DNA from: a virus
Length of the DNA stretch: 64,000 bases
Direction: 5' to 3' (one strand)
IMG/VR virus record: IMGVR_UViG_3300036761_001135
Coordinates: 1-64,000 of that record
Under the pieces are notes generated by a model. The model was not told the DNA's origin. It saw only the letters and a program-made list of their open reading frames with translations, and made no database searches. A program made the position numbers and the translations under genes. This document shows positions 41,858 through 50,680 of this stretch, piece after piece. Positions within the stretch are counted from its first letter, which is position 1. Each line of letters begins with the position of its first letter.

Positions 41858-42250
41858 ATGGAAGACGAGCAGGCGTGGGCGCGGCATTGGGAGATCTATC
41901 CGGTGGCGGACAGTGTCGCCATTTGTCGCCAGTGTGAGGCGTCGGCGGCGAAGCGTCGGGTAGGGCGCATACAGATTCGGGCGAGGATGCGCGACGTGGC
42001 GGTGCGGGATACGGACGAGGGGGTGTACTGCGAGGACTGTTATTCCGCGTTGCCGCCGTGTCCGGTGTGCGGGGTGGCCCCCACGTCGCATGCGGAGTAT
42101 CCGTGCGCGGCGTGTGCGGTCGCGCTGGACGTATCCTGCCTGGTCGCCAGCGGGTGCCGGGTGGCGTCCTCGGTGTATCGGGGGTGGTCCCAGCGGCGCA
42201 AGCATGACGCGCCGTCCAGCCGTCACCATCGGCGGCAGGGCGGCTACTGA
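41858..42250 (+). CDS. Cys-rich zinc-binding protein, paralog family C
   Basis: Similar to 24956-25345. Confidence 0.6.
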   Translation: MEDEQAWARHWEIYPVADSVAICRQCEASAAKRRVGRIQIRARMRDVAVRDTDEGVYCEDCYSALPPCPVCGVAPTSHAEYPCAACAVALDVSCLVASGCRVASSVYRGWSQRRKHDAPSSRHHRRQGGY

Positions 42251-42265
42251 AAAAGAGGGTGGCGG

Positions 42266-43630
42266 ATGGCCAAGAAGAACAGCGGACAGCAACCCTTGTT
42301 GGGGTTGAGTGCGACAGGGACGCGGCTGATCTGGGGGGACTGCGTGCAGGTCATGCGGGGCCTGGAGGAGGCCAGCGTGGACGCGGTGGTCTGCGACCCG
42401 CCCTACGGACTAAAATTTATGGGGAAGGATTTCGATAAGTTAGGGGACGGGCCGGGGCAGCAGGCGTGGCACCAGGCGTGGGCGGTCGAGGCGCTGCGGG
42501 TGCTGAAGCCGGGCGGGCACCTGATCGCATTTGGTGGGACGCGGACCTATCATCGGATGGCGTGTGCGGTGGAGGACGCTGGGTTCGAGATGAGGGACAG
42601 CTTGATGTATGTGTACGGAGCTGGATTTCCTAAGAGCCTTGACGTGAGTAAGGCGTTGGACAAGATGGCCGGAGCGGAGCGCGAGGTGGTTGGACGGTCA
42701 GATCATCATGTGTCTGGCAAGGAGAACCAGCGTACCGAAGGGCTGTGCGGATCGAGCACTTTTCAGGAGACAGTGGGAATGGGGGCGTTCGTGACTGCCC
42801 CCGCCACGCCCGAGGCGCAGGCATGGGAGGGATATGGCACGGCGCTGAAACCCTCATACGAGCCCGCTATCCACGCGGTGAAGCCTGGGGCGGCGGAGGA
42901 TCGCGGGGTGGCCTACGACGCGGCGGTGCTAGCGAGGAAGCCGCTCCAGGGGACGGTGGCGCGGAACGTCCTTGCGCATGGGGTTGGGGCCTTGAACATC
43001 GACGGGTGCCGCGTGGGGACAGAGGGGGGCGGGACGCACTGTACGAATCGCGGGCCTAACGGGCAGTGTTTGGGGCACAAGAACGCGGGGCAGTCGACGA
43101 GCGGGGAGACGTTCCATGGGCCTGACACCGAGGGGGGCCGCTGGCCGCCCAATGTGCTGACGGACGGCAGTGACGCCGTGGTGGCGGGGTTCCCGGATTG
43201 TGATGGCGCATCTAGCAACGGAAGAAAAGGGAATCCGCACGTTAATTGTTACGGGGATTATGGGGCTCAAGCGCAGGTTCCAGGACGAAACGACAGCGGC
43301 AGTGCGGCCCGGTTCTTCCCGGCGTTCCCGATCACCCCAGCGGACGCCTGCTTCTACTACACGTCCAAGGCGGGCGGCGCGGATCGGGCCTACGGCAACA
43401 CGCATCCGACGGTGAAGCCGGTGGACTTGATGAGATGGCTTGTCAGACTTGTGACTCGCAAGGGCGGCCTGGTCCTGGACCCGTTCTGCGGCAGCGGGAG
43501 TACGGGGTTGGCGTGTGGGGCGGAGGGCCTGCGGTTCATCGGGATCGAGCGGGAGCGGGCGTATGCGGAGATCGCGCAGCGGCGGTTGATGCTGACTGAG
43601 ATTGAAGTGGGACCGGGAGGGTCTGAATGA
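42266..43630 (+). CDS. Orphan N6-adenine/N4-cytosine DNA methyltransferase (beta class)
   Basis: CDPPY, HPTVKP, LDPFCGSGSTG. Confidence 0.9.
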   Translation: MAKKNSGQQPLLGLSATGTRLIWGDCVQVMRGLEEASVDAVVCDPPYGLKFMGKDFDKLGDGPGQQAWHQAWAVEALRVLKPGGHLIAFGGTRTYHRMACAVEDAGFEMRDSLMYVYGAGFPKSLDVSKALDKMAGAEREVVGRSDHHVSGKENQRTEGLCGSSTFQETVGMGAFVTAPATPEAQAWEGYGTALKPSYEPAIHAVKPGAAEDRGVAYDAAVLARKPLQGTVARNVLAHGVGALNIDGCRVGTEGGGTHCTNRGPNGQCLGHKNAGQSTSGETFHGPDTEGGRWPPNVLTDGSDAVVAGFPDCDGASSNGRKGNPHVNCYGDYGAQAQVPGRNDSGSAARFFPAFPITPADACFYYTSKAGGADRAYGNTHPTVKPVDLMRWLVRLVTRKGGLVLDPFCGSGSTGLACGAEGLRFIGIERERAYAEIAQRRLMLTEIEVGPGGSE

Positions 43631-44406
43631 CAGGAGGGCGGAGGATGGATAGGCAGACAACGGGGTTGATTGCGGATGGGCGGCAGCGCCCGTTCGTAGT
43701 GATTGAGGGTGCGGATGGCGCGGGGACCACGACACAGGTTAAATCCCTTGGGTGCCAGATCGCCGTGATGCGGGATTCGGATGTTCGTGCGGTGTCCACG
43801 CGGTTGCCGACCGATGGCGAGATCGGGCGGTTGCTGCGGGCGATGTTGCGGGGCGAGCGCCCGACATGGGGGTGGCAGGTGCAGACGCACCTCTTCTGCG
43901 CGGATCGCTGCCTGCATGTGGCCGATGTGGTGGACCCCGCGCTGGGGATCGGCCCCAAGGCGTGGGCGCAACCAGCGGGCGTGCTCCTGGACCGCTATGG
44001 GTACTCGACGGCGGTGTACCAGGGCCTCCAGGCGATGGCGATGGGGGGCGGTTCGTATCACGGGTGGCGCGTTGTGGATTGGGCATTGTTCCTGATGCGG
44101 CAGATGCAAATCGAGCCGGGCTGGCGGGCACCAGATCTTGCGGTGCTTCTCGATGTCGATCTGTCGGAAGCGGAACGGCGGCGAGAGGCTAGGGCGGGGA
44201 CCGTGGAGATGTTTGATGGGGAGACATTCCAAGGCGCTGTCGTCCAGGCGTACCGGGATCTGTGGGCGGAATTGCAGGAGCGGCCGGGGAGCACGCGCTA
44301 CGTAGTCGTGGACGGGAACCAGCCGGTCGAAGCTGTCACAGAGCAGATCATGCAGGCGGCGTGGCCGCTGTTCAAGGGGTGCGAGCCGTGTGCGGTGACG
44401 TTCTAA
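43627..44406 (+). CDS. tmk: Thymidylate kinase
   Basis: IEGADGAGTTTQ, ADR, LDRY..STAVYQG, PDLAVLLDV. Confidence 0.85.
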   Translation: MTGGRRMDRQTTGLIADGRQRPFVVIEGADGAGTTTQVKSLGCQIAVMRDSDVRAVSTRLPTDGEIGRLLRAMLRGERPTWGWQVQTHLFCADRCLHVADVVDPALGIGPKAWAQPAGVLLDRYGYSTAVYQGLQAMAMGGGSYHGWRVVDWALFLMRQMQIEPGWRAPDLAVLLDVDLSEAERRREARAGTVEMFDGETFQGAVVQAYRDLWAELQERPGSTRYVVVDGNQPVEAVTEQIMQAAWPLFKGCEPCAVTF

Positions 44407-44413
44407 CAGGAGG

Positions 44414-45436
44414 TTGCAAATGTTGAATCGAGAGTTGATCTTGCACCATGACGATCTGGACGGGGCGGCGAGCGCGGCTATCGTGATGCACCATGCCCAC
44501 TGGCGCAGGGGCGGGGACGTGGTGGCGCGTCCGATCCGGTACGGGGAGAACGTGCAGGCGGTGTTGGATGCCATGGGGGACGAGTTTGACCGGGTGTTCC
44601 TGGTGGACTGGTCCCCACAGGGGGCGGGGGCCATCGAGGCATTGTATGAGCGACTGGGATCGCGGCTTGTGTGGATCGATCACCATGCGGCGGCGATCCA
44701 GGGCTATCGCGCCAGTGACGGGGGATTGGGCGGCCTGATCAACGGCGTGAGGATGTCCGAGGCCGACGGCCGTCCGTTGGCCGCGTGCGAGCTGGCGTGG
44801 ATCTATTGCTGGACTCCGCAGATACGTGAGACGTTGGCGTGGCCTCGGTGGCTGACCCTGATTGGCGACTGGGACACCTGGCGGCATGCCAAGATCCCGG
44901 ACAGTCCTGCGCCGGACATCAAGCGGTACTTCGACCAGTTCGGCATCGACGAGATGCGCGAGCAACTGGAGGCGCTGGTGAACAAGACGGTGCTCGTGGA
45001 CAGTCAAGTCCTCGTCTTCCAAGCAGCGGACGAGCGGGCGGTCACGCAGATGGTCGACGTGGGGCGGCTCTTCGGGCGTTACGAGCGGGCGCAGGACGCG
45101 GAGTTGATGCGGGCGCGGGCATTCGAGGCGACGTTCGACGGCATCCCGGCGATTATTGCCAATCAGGAGTTCCGGGGCAGCATGCGTTTCCAGTCGGTCT
45201 ATGACCAGAATCGGCACCGACTCATGGTCGGGTTCGCATACGACAATACGAACGTCTGGGCGGTGAGCCTGTACTCGGAGGATCCGAATATCGACTGCGG
45301 CGTGCTCTGCCATCGGCTGGGCCAGGCAGGCCCCGTGGGGAGCGGGGGCGGGCACCGGGTCACGGGTGGGTTCCAGACATCGTGGGATCATCTGCGTTCG
45401 CTGATCGTCCGGGCGGATGGCAAGCTCGTATTCTGA
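44414..45436 (+). CDS. DHH/DHHA1 family phosphoesterase
   Basis: HHDDLDG, IDHH, DWDTW, GGGH. Confidence 0.85.
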   Translation: MQMLNRELILHHDDLDGAASAAIVMHHAHWRRGGDVVARPIRYGENVQAVLDAMGDEFDRVFLVDWSPQGAGAIEALYERLGSRLVWIDHHAAAIQGYRASDGGLGGLINGVRMSEADGRPLAACELAWIYCWTPQIRETLAWPRWLTLIGDWDTWRHAKIPDSPAPDIKRYFDQFGIDEMREQLEALVNKTVLVDSQVLVFQAADERAVTQMVDVGRLFGRYERAQDAELMRARAFEATFDGIPAIIANQEFRGSMRFQSVYDQNRHRLMVGFAYDNTNVWAVSLYSEDPNIDCGVLCHRLGQAGPVGSGGGHRVTGGFQTSWDHLRSLIVRADGKLVF

Positions 45437-45451
45437 CCCGCACCTCTCCGG

Positions 45452-45480
45452 TTGACAAACCCAAGGCGACGCGGTAAATT
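45452..45480 (+). promoter_or_regulatory. Sigma70-like promoter
   Basis: TTGACA-17-TAAATT. Confidence 0.65.
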
Positions 45481-45524
45481 AATAGGGATCGCGGCGGCTG
45501 ATCGTCGCGCGGACCGGAGGGCTC

Positions 45525-47879
45525 ATGGACAACGAAAAGATCGAAATCGCGGAACGGTTGCGCTTTGCGGCGGCGGCCTTGGCGAGCGTCTGCGACGGCG
45601 CGCGCAAACAGGATCAGGTCGGCTTTAGCGCGTCGGATACCTCCTATGGGCGGGCCATCGCGGCCACCCCGGCGGATCAATGGACCGAGGCGGATCTGGT
45701 CGCGGTGAGCGACATGCTGGGCCACTACCGGGGCCAGTTGGCGGCCTACGGGGTGGACTGCGATTCCCTGCCGCGCGTGATCAGGACCGTGCCGGTCGAC
45801 CGGCACGCCAACTACGAATCCTTCAAGACGCGAGCGGCGGCGGCGGAGCGAACTCGGGTTCGCGCGGCCTACGCGGCGGGGACGGCGAGTCGCATGCGGG
45901 TGCGCGAGGTGGCGGACTACCTGGCCTGGGTGGACCGGCGCACGGTCTGTTTCGTGAGTCCGAAGAACGATACGTTGATCGCGGCGATCAAGGCACTGCC
46001 TGGTCGGCGGCGTTGGAACGGCGAGGCCCGGCAATGGGAGGCGGAGCTGTCGGCGGAGAACGCGAAGTCGCTACCGGCGATTTTCGCGCGGTTCGATTTC
46101 GTCGTGAGCGATGCGGACTTGGCGACGATCCATGCATCGGCGCAGGCGAATCCGGCGGCGCATGCGGCTCCAGTGGCAGTCGGACCGGACCACGTTTCCA
46201 TCGAGGGGGATCGGATCGTGTTGCGCGTTCCCTACAACCCCGAGGCGACGACGGCGCTCAAGGACGCGCTGCCAGGGCGACGCTGGGATGCAGCGAACAA
46301 GGTCTGGACGGCGCCTGCCACGGCTGAGGCAGCCAAGGCGGTAGAGGCGTTGGCGGCGCGGTTTGGGTGGCGTCTAGGGGCCAGCGCGAAGCCTCTGTGG
46401 GCGATGCGGGTGGAAGCGGATCGCTTCCGGGCGGCGAGCAAGGCGTCGGACGCGGAGATCGACCTTCGAGGTCTGCGGTCAGACGCGGTTCCTTATCCGT
46501 ATCAGAAGGCGGGGGTGGTCTACACGACGTCCAAGCGTCGGGTGCTGATCGCGGACGAAATGGGAATCGGAAAATCATTACAGGCCCTTATGACGGCATC
46601 GCAGTTGGACGCCTGGCCTTGTCTGGTCGTGGCTCCGAAGGCGGTCTTGAGGCAATGGGCGCGGGAGGTCGGGAAGTTCCTGGAAGGGCGCACAGCGAGC
46701 ATTGTAGGGCTCAAGGGGACGGCGAAGCGGCTGGCCAAACACGGGATGGTCGCGGGCATGGGCGGGGACGTTGTGGTCATCAACTACGACATCCTGGGCA
46801 GGCATCTCGATGCGCTGCGGGCGCACGGATTCCGGTCGCTGGTCGTGGACGAAGGCCACTACATCAAGAGCCGCAAGACTGCGCGTTTTAAGGCGGTTAA
46901 GGAGCTGTCGGGGATGCCGGATCTGGCCTGCACGCTGCTGTTGACAGGCACGCCCGTATTGAACCGGCCCATCGAGTTGGTCGCCCAACTGGACGTGTTG
47001 GGTCAGCTTGATTCGTTTGGCGGGTTCATGCCGTTTTCCAAGCGCTATGCGAACGCTCACGAGACGAAATACGGCTGGGACATGACCGGATCGTCCAACC
47101 TGGACGAGCTGAACCGGCTGCTGCGGGAGCGCTGCATGATCCGGCGGGAGAAGGCGGACGTGCTGGCCGAGCTTCCCGCCCTGCGGCGGACCGTGGTCCC
47201 GGTCGAGGTCGATGATCCGCGTGCTTACGAGAGAGCCATGAACGACATTGTGGCTTGGATGGCGGCGAACCGGGGATCGCTCCCGTCCGAGGCGGCCTAT
47301 CGCGCTGAGATGCTGGTTCGGGTCGAGGGATTGCGACAGCTCGCGGCGCAGGGAAAGTACGCGAACGGGGTGGCCTGGGTACAGGAATGGCTTGAGGCGG
47401 CGGAGGGGCAGAAGCTGGTCCTATTCGCGCATCATCGGAACATCCAAGAGCGGCTGCTGGCGGACCTGTCTGAGTACGGCGCGGTGTCGATCAGCGGCGG
47501 GGACGCGGACGCAGCGCGGGACGCGGCGGTACAGCGGTTCTGGGCGGACCCGACCTGTCGCGTGATCGTGTGCAGCCTCAAGGCGGCGAGCGTCGGGCTG
47601 AATTTGCAGGCGGCGAGCAACGTGGCTTTTTTCGAGTTCGGCTGGCACGCGGGAGACATGGACCAGGCGGAAGCGCGCTGCCATCGCATCGGGGTGCAGG
47701 GGGCTGTCACGGCTTATTGGCTAGTCGGGGAGGACACGTTCGACGAGGACATGGTCGCGTTGATCGAGGACAAGAGGGCGGTAGCTCATGCGGCGGTGAG
47801 TGGAGGAGAGGTTGCTCCGCAGACAGACGTTGTGTCCTGGTTCGAGCGTTTGGCGGCGCGCAAGGGTGCCATGGATTGA
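45525..47879 (+). CDS. SNF2-family annealing helicase (HARP/SMARCAL1-like)
   Basis: Two HARP-like RRW....W domains, ADEMGIGKS, DEGH, TGTPVLNRP, QAEARCHRIG. Confidence 0.88.
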   Translation: MDNEKIEIAERLRFAAAALASVCDGARKQDQVGFSASDTSYGRAIAATPADQWTEADLVAVSDMLGHYRGQLAAYGVDCDSLPRVIRTVPVDRHANYESFKTRAAAAERTRVRAAYAAGTASRMRVREVADYLAWVDRRTVCFVSPKNDTLIAAIKALPGRRRWNGEARQWEAELSAENAKSLPAIFARFDFVVSDADLATIHASAQANPAAHAAPVAVGPDHVSIEGDRIVLRVPYNPEATTALKDALPGRRWDAANKVWTAPATAEAAKAVEALAARFGWRLGASAKPLWAMRVEADRFRAASKASDAEIDLRGLRSDAVPYPYQKAGVVYTTSKRRVLIADEMGIGKSLQALMTASQLDAWPCLVVAPKAVLRQWAREVGKFLEGRTASIVGLKGTAKRLAKHGMVAGMGGDVVVINYDILGRHLDALRAHGFRSLVVDEGHYIKSRKTARFKAVKELSGMPDLACTLLLTGTPVLNRPIELVAQLDVLGQLDSFGGFMPFSKRYANAHETKYGWDMTGSSNLDELNRLLRERCMIRREKADVLAELPALRRTVVPVEVDDPRAYERAMNDIVAWMAANRGSLPSEAAYRAEMLVRVEGLRQLAAQGKYANGVAWVQEWLEAAEGQKLVLFAHHRNIQERLLADLSEYGAVSISGGDADAARDAAVQRFWADPTCRVIVCSLKAASVGLNLQAASNVAFFEFGWHAGDMDQAEARCHRIGVQGAVTAYWLVGEDTFDEDMVALIEDKRAVAHAAVSGGEVAPQTDVVSWFERLAARKGAMD

Positions 47880-47930
47880 GAATGCGTTTTGTGCTCTTAT
47901 TTTTTAGTTGCTACTCTTCCTATACCTATG

Positions 47931-47959
47931 TTGACAAACAAATTTCACGGTGATAAGCA
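47931..47959 (+). promoter_or_regulatory. Sigma70-like promoter for the RAMP-like gene and array
   Basis: TTGACA-17-TAAGCA with an AT-rich upstream tract. Confidence 0.55.
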
Positions 47960-48027
47960 TGCGGACATCGGATCGCAGCAACGATTGCTGCTTCACGAGC
48001 GAACCTGGGTTCGCGTAGAGGTGTCAC

Positions 48028-48837
48028 ATGGCGAAGGAAGAAAAAGTTGGCGTTACGACTAAGTTCAAACCGTTTGTTGATATTAGATTTTTGCGAGTGC
48101 GCATCCAGGGCACGGACACGTTGATCGTGCATTCGTGGTCGGAGAAGGCGATCACGGAAATCCTTGGCAAGCAGATGAAGGTGCCCAAGGGGGCCAAGGG
48201 GGAGCGCGATCCTGAGATGGATTTCGAGGCGGGCAAGTATTACGACGTTAATGGTCGTGAGGCTTTCCCGGTGACGGCGGTCAAGAACTCGATGATCACG
48301 GCGGTCAGCTCGGTTGGGGAGATGAAGAAGACCAACATGAGGCAGGCGTTTTTTGTCTGGGGTATTGAGGACAAGGAGCGCGCTACGATCTTGTTGACGT
48401 CGGGTGAGCCTGCGGTTGGAACGATGCGGGCGGACATGGTTCGGCTTGGTGGGCCTGGGAACGCGGCGGACATCCGATTTCGGCCGGAGTATCCCGACTG
48501 GATGACTGACATCATCATCGAGTACAACGCGTTGGTTGTATCAAAAGACCAGATCGTGAATCTTTTAAACATGGCTGGCTACGGGGTGGGAATCTTCGAG
48601 TGGAGACCAGAAAAAGACGGTTACTATGGTCGTTACTTCGTGACTGAGGCAGAGGACATTACGGAACGTCCACAGTGGGTGAAGGCGACTTCATATCTGC
48701 GCAAGGGCGAGATGGATATCCAGACGATCTTGCGGGCTTTGCGGGACAAGAAGGCGGTTTCTGGGACAGAGGTTGTGAACAAGAACAAGAAGGGCAAGAA
48801 GGTCGTCGAGGAGACTGAAGACGATCTGGAGGCATAG
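48028..48837 (+). CDS. RAMP/Cas7-like protein associated with the pentamer array
   Basis: N-terminal strand VRIQG...LIVH, FPVTAVKNSM helix, DIRFRPEYPDW, C-terminal Gly-rich loop AGYGVGIFEWRPEKDGYYGRY; the array starts about 60 nt downstream. Confidence 0.65.
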   Translation: MAKEEKVGVTTKFKPFVDIRFLRVRIQGTDTLIVHSWSEKAITEILGKQMKVPKGAKGERDPEMDFEAGKYYDVNGREAFPVTAVKNSMITAVSSVGEMKKTNMRQAFFVWGIEDKERATILLTSGEPAVGTMRADMVRLGGPGNAADIRFRPEYPDWMTDIIIEYNALVVSKDQIVNLLNMAGYGVGIFEWRPEKDGYYGRYFVTEAEDITERPQWVKATSYLRKGEMDIQTILRALRDKKAVSGTEVVNKNKKGKKVVEETEDDLEA

Positions 48838-48888
48838 CCTCTTTCAAAGGGTCGGGGTCGCCGCTTAGTAGGGAGGCGATCCAGTCCA

Positions 48889-49956
48889 GGCAAGGCAGGA
48901 GCGGGAGGCGAGGATAGGAGAGGCCGGGGAAGGCGTGGCAGGAATGGCACGGGCAGTACGGGATAGGTGCGGCCAGGATTGGCAGGGCAGGAACGGCTTG
49001 GCGCGGATCGGACTGGTTGTTTATGGATCGGAGAGGCAGGAATGGCGGTGCCTGGAGAGCCGAGGAGGGGTATGGAGGGTTGAGGAACGGCAGGAGTGGA
49101 AAGTTAAGGCGTGTGGAGGTCGGGCCGGGACTGGCGAGGCAGGAGAGGTTGGCATGGATTGTCACGGCGCGGATCGGCAGGAAAGGTCTGGCTTGGATAG
49201 TCGGGTCACGGATTGGCAGGCGAGGCGGGGACCGGCGGGGAGAGGCGCAGAGAGGCAGGATTGGATCGGTGCGGAACGGTGTGTCGTGGCATGGCAGGCA
49301 TGGCAGTGTCGGGAATGGGTTGGTAGGGAAAGGCGCGGCTGGGCAGGAATGGCCAGGACGCGACGGGAGGGGCGAGTGGTGGTGCGGAATGGCAAGGCAG
49401 GCGAGTCTGGGAGCGGTGTGGTGAGTTGTGGAATGGAGTGGACTGGAAGGCAGGATAGGTGAGGCGCGTTCTGGCCTGGGTAGGTCGGGATTGGCGAGGC
49501 AGGATAGGTTGGGTCCGAACGGGCGCGTCGTGGGGTGGGATGGCAAGGCAGGTATGGCAAGGCTAGGACTGGCGAGTTGAGGAGTGGAAGGGGGAGGCAG
49601 GCGGGGATAGGTCTGGAGGGGATAGGCGAGGTTTGGAAGGGATTGGCAGGAGAGGATAGGCAAGGCCAGGCATGTTGTGGGATGGCAGGGACTGGCAGGA
49701 TTGGCACGGAATGGTCGGGTGGCGTCTGGTGTGGTAAGGCGAGGATTGGCAGGCGTGTTGCGGCAAGGCTCGGACGGATGGACTGGGCAGGGCAGGTTGG
49801 GAGTGGGATGGATTGGATTGTTGAGGCCGGGCTGGAGAGGCCAGGTGGGACACGGTGGGAATGGGCTGGGCCAGGATTGGCTGGAATGGTGGGGTATGGA
49901 GGGCCAGGGTGGCGCTGGGCAAGGAAGCTTCTGGCGTGTCAGGAGTGGAAAGGTCT
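48889..49956 (+). repeat. Non-coding array of GG-N-NN pentamers in about 19 GGCA-delimited units (candidate guide-RNA array)
   Basis: 5-nt periodicity; units of 38-54 nt, mostly 49 nt (9 pentamers + GGCA); degenerate 3' end; flanked by hairpins. Confidence 0.88.
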
Positions 49957-50010
49957 GTAGGGGTGCCGCTCGTCATGGAGCGGAAGCGTCTGTAGGAGTT
50001 CGAAACGCAG

Positions 50011-50042
50011 CAGGGCTGGCATCTCTAGGGGTGCCGGCCCTG
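50011..50042 (+). terminator. GC-rich hairpin closing the array (terminator or processing element)
   Basis: CAGGGCTGGCATC / GGTGCCGGCCCTG inverted repeat; no clear U-tract. Confidence 0.5.
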
Positions 50043-50080
50043 TCCTGCCTTGCGTAAAGAACTTGTGGTATACAGCATCC

Positions 50081-50536
50081 ATGAGCAACAAACCTGCAAC
50101 CCAAGAAGGTTCCATGCAGTGGGGGCTCTCGCCAGAAGGTGCCGTGTTCAGCGAAGATTTCGAGGGCTGGCTTTGGATCCCAGTGGATCGACTCATCGTG
50201 ATCGACCAGTGCCAGAATCGTGATCAGTATTCTACCTGGGCCACCCCCTCATGGCAGGGAATCTCCATCTGCGGAGTGCATCACACAGACCAAGATGAAA
50301 AAATCGACCGGTTCGTAAAAGCATGCCTCCACGGTCCCATCTTGCTACAACCAAAACGACTGTGCGCCGTCCGTAGCGTATCCTCAGAAAAACCGCCAAC
50401 CAACGTCATGGTGCTCGATCACATCTCCGTCGTGAAAATACGAAAATCCCCCTTCATCGACCGACTCTATAGCGACATGGACCTGATAGGACGACTCCTA
50501 TCCCTACACACAAACATCCCAACCCCGATCTCTTGA
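50081..50536 (+). CDS. Hypothetical protein with atypical A/C-rich composition
   Basis: Only long ORF in the interval; start uncertain. Confidence 0.45.
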   Translation: MSNKPATQEGSMQWGLSPEGAVFSEDFEGWLWIPVDRLIVIDQCQNRDQYSTWATPSWQGISICGVHHTDQDEKIDRFVKACLHGPILLQPKRLCAVRSVSSEKPPTNVMVLDHISVVKIRKSPFIDRLYSDMDLIGRLLSLHTNIPTPIS

Positions 50537-50562
50537 CAAACTTGTCGCACAAAGCCTAATTT
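50533..50562 (+). promoter_or_regulatory. Sigma70-like promoter upstream of the packaging genes
   Basis: TTGACA-18-TAATTT. Confidence 0.55.
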
Positions 50563-50680
50563 CAATGCACGCTCTAAGCTGTAGCGGTCCCAACCATAGA
50601 CCGCATTGATGTACAAGGCTGAAAAAGATGACCCGTGTCACGATGAATATGATATATCATATTACTGTATCGAGGGGACC

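Noticed and set aside
42266-43630. Restriction-modification system
   Set aside because: The methyltransferase has no adjacent restriction endonuclease; orphan methyltransferases are common in phages
13157-47060. Long minus-strand ORFs (e.g. 13157-14296, 25934-27070, 43390-44634, 44372-45391)
   Set aside because: Antisense shadows of GC-rich + strand genes, with no recognisable motifs
48889-49956. Canonical CRISPR array or simple microsatellite
   Set aside because: No 23-50 bp direct repeat alternating with spacers and no cas1/cas2; units are non-identical with quantised lengths, unlike slippage satellites. G-quadruplex potential does not explain the unit structure.
48659-50057. Several ORFs on both strands across the pentamer array
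   Set aside because: Low-complexity translations of a 5-nt periodic sequence; the period is not a multiple of 3 and the ORFs overlap in several frames
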